Assembly (NCBI GenBank): GCA_944390345.1
Contig: CALXPP010000006.1
Span: forward strand, 3,353 to 67,352
From: an uncultured Clostridia bacterium
GTDB lineage: Bacteria; Bacillota; Clostridia; TANB77; CAG-508
Length of the DNA stretch: 64,000 bases
Direction of reading: 5' to 3'
Shown: piece after piece, positions 59,942-64,000 of the stretch
Position numbering within the stretch: position 1 is the first letter of the stretch
How the letters are laid out: each line of letters begins with the position of its first letter
Position numbers and translations under genes: made by a program
The notes under the pieces: generated by a model
Databases searched by the model: none
The model's input: only the letters and a program-made list of their open reading frames with translations
Told to the model about the DNA's origin: nothing

Positions 59942-60010
59942 ATTTTGTTTTCCTTAAATTTAAATTAATATAGTAAAACCTTAAAAAATTTGAGAGTTTA
60001 TTAACAAAAA

Positions 60011-60040
60011 ATACAAGCTTAAATGAATTTAAGCTTGTAT
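60011..60040. terminator. bidirectional terminator (smpB / fba)
   Basis: atacaagcttaaat-ga-atttaagcttgtat, flanked by A5 and T4. Confidence 0.7.
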
Positions 60041-60053
60041 TTTTAATTTTATA

Positions 60054-60983
60054 TTAAGCTTTTCCACTTGAGCAAAAAACTTCTTTCATTTTATGTAGTA
60101 CAACCTCTTTTATTTCATCTCTCGCAGCTCCTAAGTATTTTCTAGGGTCAAATACAGATGGCTCTTCTACAAAAACTCTTCTTATTTGAGCTGTCATTGC
60201 TAATCTTAAATCTGTATCTACATTAATTTTTGAAACACCGTTTTCTCCAGCTTCTTTTAGCATTTCATCTGGGCAACCTTTTGCTCCTGGAATATTTCCG
60301 CCATTATTATTGCACATTTCTACTAGACTTGGAATAACTGAAGATGCTCCGTGTAATACTATTGGTGTATTTGGTAATTTTTCTTTTACTTTCTTTAATA
60401 TATCAAAACGCAATTTAGCTTCTCCCTTGAATTTATAAGCTCCGTGACTAGTTCCAATTGCGATTGCCAAAGAATCACAGCCTGTTCTTTGTACAAATTC
60501 ATAGGCTTGATCTGGATCTGTATATCTTGCATCATCAGAAGCAACATTTACATCATCTTCTATTCCTGCCAATTTTCCAAGTTCAGCTTCCACTACAACT
60601 CCTTTGCTATGAGCATAGTCAACTACTTGCTTTGTTAATGCAACATTCTCTTCAAAATCGTATTTTGAACCATCTATCATAACAGATGTAAAACCTGCAT
60701 CAATACATTTTTTGCAAGTCTCGAAATCTGGTCCATGATCCAAGTGTAAAGCTATTGGAATAGTTGTAGTTTCTACAGCAGCTTCTACCATCTTTACTAA
60801 ATATTCCATTCTTGCATATTTAATAGCACTTGATGATACTTGTAGTATTACAGGTGATTTAGCTTCCTCTGCCGCATCTGTAATAGCTTGTATAAACTCC
60901 ATATTGTTTATATTAAAAGCACCTATTGCAAAATGCTCTTTCATTGATTTTTCAAACATTTCTTTAGTTGTTACTAGTGGCAT
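60054..60983 (-). CDS. fba: class II fructose-1,6-bisphosphate aldolase
   Basis: AIGAFNINNME, LHLDHG, GTSHGAYKF, VLHGASS. Confidence 0.95.
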   Translation of the reverse strand: MPLVTTKEMFEKSMKEHFAIGAFNINNMEFIQAITDAAEEAKSPVILQVSSSAIKYARMEYLVKMVEAAVETTTIPIALHLDHGPDFETCKKCIDAGFTSVMIDGSKYDFEENVALTKQVVDYAHSKGVVVEAELGKLAGIEDDVNVASDDARYTDPDQAYEFVQRTGCDSLAIAIGTSHGAYKFKGEAKLRFDILKKVKEKLPNTPIVLHGASSVIPSLVEMCNNNGGNIPGAKGCPDEMLKEAGENGVSKINVDTDLRLAMTAQIRRVFVEEPSVFDPRKYLGAARDEIKEVVLHKMKEVFCSSGKA

Positions 60984-61111
60984 AATAAATTCCTCCTTTA
61001 TTTTAGATATTTACCTATACGCTTATTTTATTTCTTTTATATTTCAAAGTCAAGTAAATTTTATAAACAAATTGTTAAATAGCAATTAATATATTTTACT
61101 ATTTTCAAAAA

Positions 61112-61139
61112 ATAAAGCTACAATAATTTGTAGCTTTAT
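61112..61139 (-). terminator. terminator of the DUF1540 mini-gene
   Basis: ataaagctaca-ataatt-tgtagctttat, with a T-run on the minus strand. Confidence 0.6.
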
Positions 61140-61145
61140 GAAAAA

Positions 61146-61301
61146 TTATTTTGTTATATAACTTCCACATTCTGATTCTTCTGTTTTTCCAGAAGAACAA
61201 TTTTTAGAAGCCTTTACATTTATTTGTTGCAATTCGCAAGTATTTTGATTAGAATGATATCTACAACTACCTACTGTACAATTAATTTTTTGATTTCCCA
61301 T
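61146..61301 (-). CDS. DUF1540-like Cys-rich 51-aa protein (not in the ORF track)
   Basis: ATG at 61299-61301 follows GAAAGGAG. MGNQKINCTVGSCRYHSNQNTCELQQINVK..SECGSYITK fits the DUF1540 pattern (C.V..C.y....C.....I.V ... C..f), from memory. Confidence 0.6.
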   Translation of the reverse strand: MGNQKINCTVGSCRYHSNQNTCELQQINVKASKNCSSGKTEESECGSYITK

Positions 61302-61437
61302 ATTAAATAAGCTCCTTTCTACTTAAAATTAAGCTTTTAAGCTTATAGTTCTATTATTTGCTTTTTTTAAAATCTCATACTAGCATTTAAATAAAACATC
61401 ATTGATTTGACTTATTTAATTTATAAGTTAACTATTT

Positions 61438-63075
61438 TTAATACTCACTATAAAAATTATCCCCTACGAAATCATATTCAATATCCTTTATTTCATCTAA
61501 GAAATTTGTATATCTAGTTGCATAATTCATTGATCTATCTGTTGATATTTTATAAAAATTACCATAGATTTGCTCAATATTATCTAATATAACCTCACCA
61601 TTATAGTTTAATAGAGAAAAATTCATTTTGGCATAGCCAAATGTATTAAAGTCAATAGCATTTGAAGTATCAGCAACTATATATAGGCCATAATTAATTA
61701 AATATGGATCTATAACATCATATTCATTTTCAAAGACTTTTTGAAAATCTTTTCCAATTACTTTATATTTATTGTTTTCTCCTTTTACTATATACCTATC
61801 TTGTGAAATATAGATATCTTTATAGATTTCAGATAATATATTACCCTTATTATCAATAAAGTATACAGTATGATTGTTGTAATTTCTTATTAAAATTTTA
61901 TCATCAACAAAATCCAATATCTGAGCTTTTCCAGACATAGTAACTTTTTTTCCATAGCCTGTAAACCAACCTTGTTCCCTTTTATCTATATCATAAAAAG
62001 GTATTGTTCCATTACTAAAAATATAGGCATAATTTTCATCATAAGCTATTGCATCACATTCTAATTCTATACGAATATCTAAATTATCTTTTCTTGCAAG
62101 TTCATATTTATCTCCAAGTCCCATACTAGATTTTGTTACTATTAAATCATAGTCTACATTGTAATCATATCTATAAGTATAATCTATTTCACCTGTTTCT
62201 ACATATACTGGAATCTTTGCGATATTATTATCTATTTTATTTATTTCTGTTTGCATTTCACCTGTTTGTTTAAAAGTATTTTTATACATATCTTCCAGTT
62301 CTTTTATTTTTGCTTCGTAATTTTCATCTGATGATTCAGATCTATAAGTTAATACTTTTCTACCATTTTTTAATATTACAATTGATCTTCCATCTTGGCA
62401 AACTAAAGCTATTGCAAAGTTTTTGTCATACATAACTATATTAACAAATGGACTCGCATAATCATATTCAAAATTTATAACTACATTTCCAGAAGGTGTT
62501 ATATAACCATATTTTCCATCTCTTTTAACATTTATATATGGCTCATCATATCCTTCTAATTCTGTTACATATTTAAAATAATCCTCTTTATAAGCAAGTT
62601 CATTTTCATTTTCTTTGTTTTTTATATATTCTCCTATTTGACTATAAAAAATACTTAATAATATTACTAAAACCATACTAGCTGAAAGTAAAATTATAAT
62701 AGATATTGCTGCCATACTATTAGTTTCTATTAAATTTTCTTTAACGCTTTTTACTATAATAAAAACTCCAGATATCAAAGTAAACGCTGCTATTACTGGT
62801 TCCTTAATAAAAATAAAACTTAATATAAATATAGAAAACAAATATCCTGTTTTTAGGTCTCCATTCTTTTTATGTATAAAGTATTCTATTAAATTAATAA
62901 ATACTAGTACAGACATAATAATATAAATTGCAATTAACAAGTAGTTTCTTACCTCTGTCTCTTGAACTGTAAGTAAAGTTATGTCTTGTGGCACAATACT
63001 TGTAAATACAATTACTAATATACTAAACAATATATTTAAAAGACCAATACATATATTAACAAATTTTCCTTTCAT
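61438..63075 (-). CDS. membrane protein with C-terminal WG/KWG-type repeats
   Basis: Five N-terminal TM segments, then repeats of the type DGKYGYITPSGNVVINFEYDYASPF. Confidence 0.7.
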   Translation of the reverse strand: MKGKFVNICIGLLNILFSILVIVFTSIVPQDITLLTVQETEVRNYLLIAIYIIMSVLVFINLIEYFIHKKNGDLKTGYLFSIFILSFIFIKEPVIAAFTLISGVFIIVKSVKENLIETNSMAAISIIILLSASMVLVILLSIFYSQIGEYIKNKENENELAYKEDYFKYVTELEGYDEPYINVKRDGKYGYITPSGNVVINFEYDYASPFVNIVMYDKNFAIALVCQDGRSIVILKNGRKVLTYRSESSDENYEAKIKELEDMYKNTFKQTGEMQTEINKIDNNIAKIPVYVETGEIDYTYRYDYNVDYDLIVTKSSMGLGDKYELARKDNLDIRIELECDAIAYDENYAYIFSNGTIPFYDIDKREQGWFTGYGKKVTMSGKAQILDFVDDKILIRNYNNHTVYFIDNKGNILSEIYKDIYISQDRYIVKGENNKYKVIGKDFQKVFENEYDVIDPYLINYGLYIVADTSNAIDFNTFGYAKMNFSLLNYNGEVILDNIEQIYGNFYKISTDRSMNYATRYTNFLDEIKDIEYDFVGDNFYSEY

Positions 63076-63099
63076 ATTTCTCCCTTGTAAATTAAACTT

Positions 63100-63658
63100 T
63101 TATTTGTATAGATTAGCTTTAAATATATAATTTTCAACTTTTTCAGGTACTAAAGTTTTAATATCTTTTCCTTCTTTTATTTTTTTTCTAACTAGGCTAG
63201 AACTAATATTTTTCATTTCATTATCTTCTATACTAGTTGTAATTTTTTTATCTTTTTCCCTATTTAGAATTATATATTTATAATTATTTTTAAGTTCTTC
63301 ACTTTCTTTCCAATTTTTAATTTTATAAAAATTATCAGAACCCATTATAAAATAATTATCAGAATCTTTATACTTTTCTTCTATTAGTCTAAAAGTATCT
63401 ATAGCACTAGTAGGTTTATTTATATTTATTAAAATTTTTGTAACTTGCATCTTTGGTTCATCTTCTAATGCTAAACATAGCATCTTATATCTTTCTTCAG
63501 CAGAAATTAAGCCGAGATTTTTTATAGTAGTCGTTCATTGGAACAAAATATACTTCATCTAAACTACATTCTTCTATTGCTTTTTTTATTAAATTAATAT
63601 GAGCTATTGTTACAGGATTAAAACATCCACCAAAAAATCCTATTTTTTTTCTATTCAC
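63100..63658 (-). pseudogene. nadD: nicotinate-nucleotide adenylyltransferase, frameshifted at an A-run
   Basis: A GTG at 63656-63658 (GTGA overlap with the upstream stop) gives VNRKKIGFFGGCFNPVTIAHINLI..VPMNDYYKK, and then a stop. The other frame continues NLGLISAEERYKMLCLALED.. into ORF 63100-63483 (..ISSSLVRKKI). The switch is in TATAAAAAATCTC near 63520-63532. Confidence 0.8.
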
Positions 63659-64000
63659 TCTAAATTTAATTCCTTTTTCACTATTTTAAATATTTCTTCG
63701 TGTATTTCATCAATAGTTTTTATTTTGCCTTCTTTGTTTACACATTTAATTTCATTCCAATTATATTTATCTACTAAACTACACGCAGCTTTATAGCTTT
63801 CTTCTAAATATTTAGGATTTCTCTCGTGAATATCCTTTACCTGTGTATGAGAAAATTTATTTTCTCTGTTTTCCATTAGCTTAATTGCTTTTTCTATTGG
63901 CATATTTAAGAAAAATACTTGAGAAGGCTTTGGCAATCCATATAAATTAAACTCTAAATCAAAAAGCCAATTTAAAAATTTCTCTCTTTCTTTTTCTTCT
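63655..64000 (-). CDS. thymidylate-kinase-like nucleotide kinase, C-terminal part (5' end outside the window)
   Basis: The frame is open to the window edge (checked by triplets). LPKPSQVFFLNMPIEKAIKLMENR resembles the lid/PDL..L segment of dTMP kinases. Confidence 0.45.
   Translation of the reverse strand, partial: EEKEREKFLNWLFDLEFNLYGLPKPSQVFFLNMPIEKAIKLMENRENKFSHTQVKDIHERNPKYLEESYKAACSLVDKYNWNEIKCVNKEGKIKTIDEIHEEIFKIVKKELNLE

Noticed and set aside
59942-60053. Looked for tmRNA (ssrA) downstream of smpB.
   Set aside because: Only ~110 nt lie before fba, and most of that is the bidirectional terminator. There is no tRNA-like acceptor/T-arm sequence.
1-64000. CRISPR arrays, rRNA/tRNA genes, IS elements with terminal inverted repeats, and prophage or integrase genes.
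   Set aside because: None were recognised on either strand. The only mobile-element-like gene is the Rpn-family nuclease, which has no flanking repeats that I could find.

Overview
This window is a very AT-rich chromosomal segment of a Firmicutes/Clostridia-type spore-former; by eye it is roughly 20-25% G+C. Most genes are on the minus strand.

Recognisable housekeeping genes: rlmH, argS, recG, recA-recX, scpA, guaB-guaA, metK (with a SAM-I riboswitch), ldh, rpmE, rpmB, smpB, fba and nadD.

Sporulation-associated genes are interspersed: ymdB-spoVS, a DUF2953 gene with ytfJ, an unlisted spoVM-like mini-ORF, a DUF1540 mini-ORF, and a dac-type carboxypeptidase.

The accessory-looking content comprises:
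- two OmpR-type two-component systems, one coupled to a MacB/FtsX-type ABC exporter through a shared tandem-box promoter architecture;
- an Rpn-family nuclease;
- a pilin-leader LRR surface-protein gene;
- a membrane-tethered ECF-type sigma factor with two paralogous anchored proteins;
- an ART-like/HD fusion protein;
- a HerA/FtsK-like ATPase translationally coupled to a Cys-rich protein;
- a LemA operon.

The strongest anomaly is a ~0.6 kb G+C-rich island at 33.9-34.5 kb. It holds one plus-strand membrane-protein gene of unrecognised family, with its own near-consensus promoter, a strong SD and a bidirectional terminator.

At least 9 frame disruptions hit 7 recognisable genes, including recG and nadD. 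This points to indel errors in the assembly or to gene decay.

No rRNA, tRNA, CRISPR array or clear transposon or prophage was seen. All calls come from reading the sequence and from memory of protein families; no searches were run.
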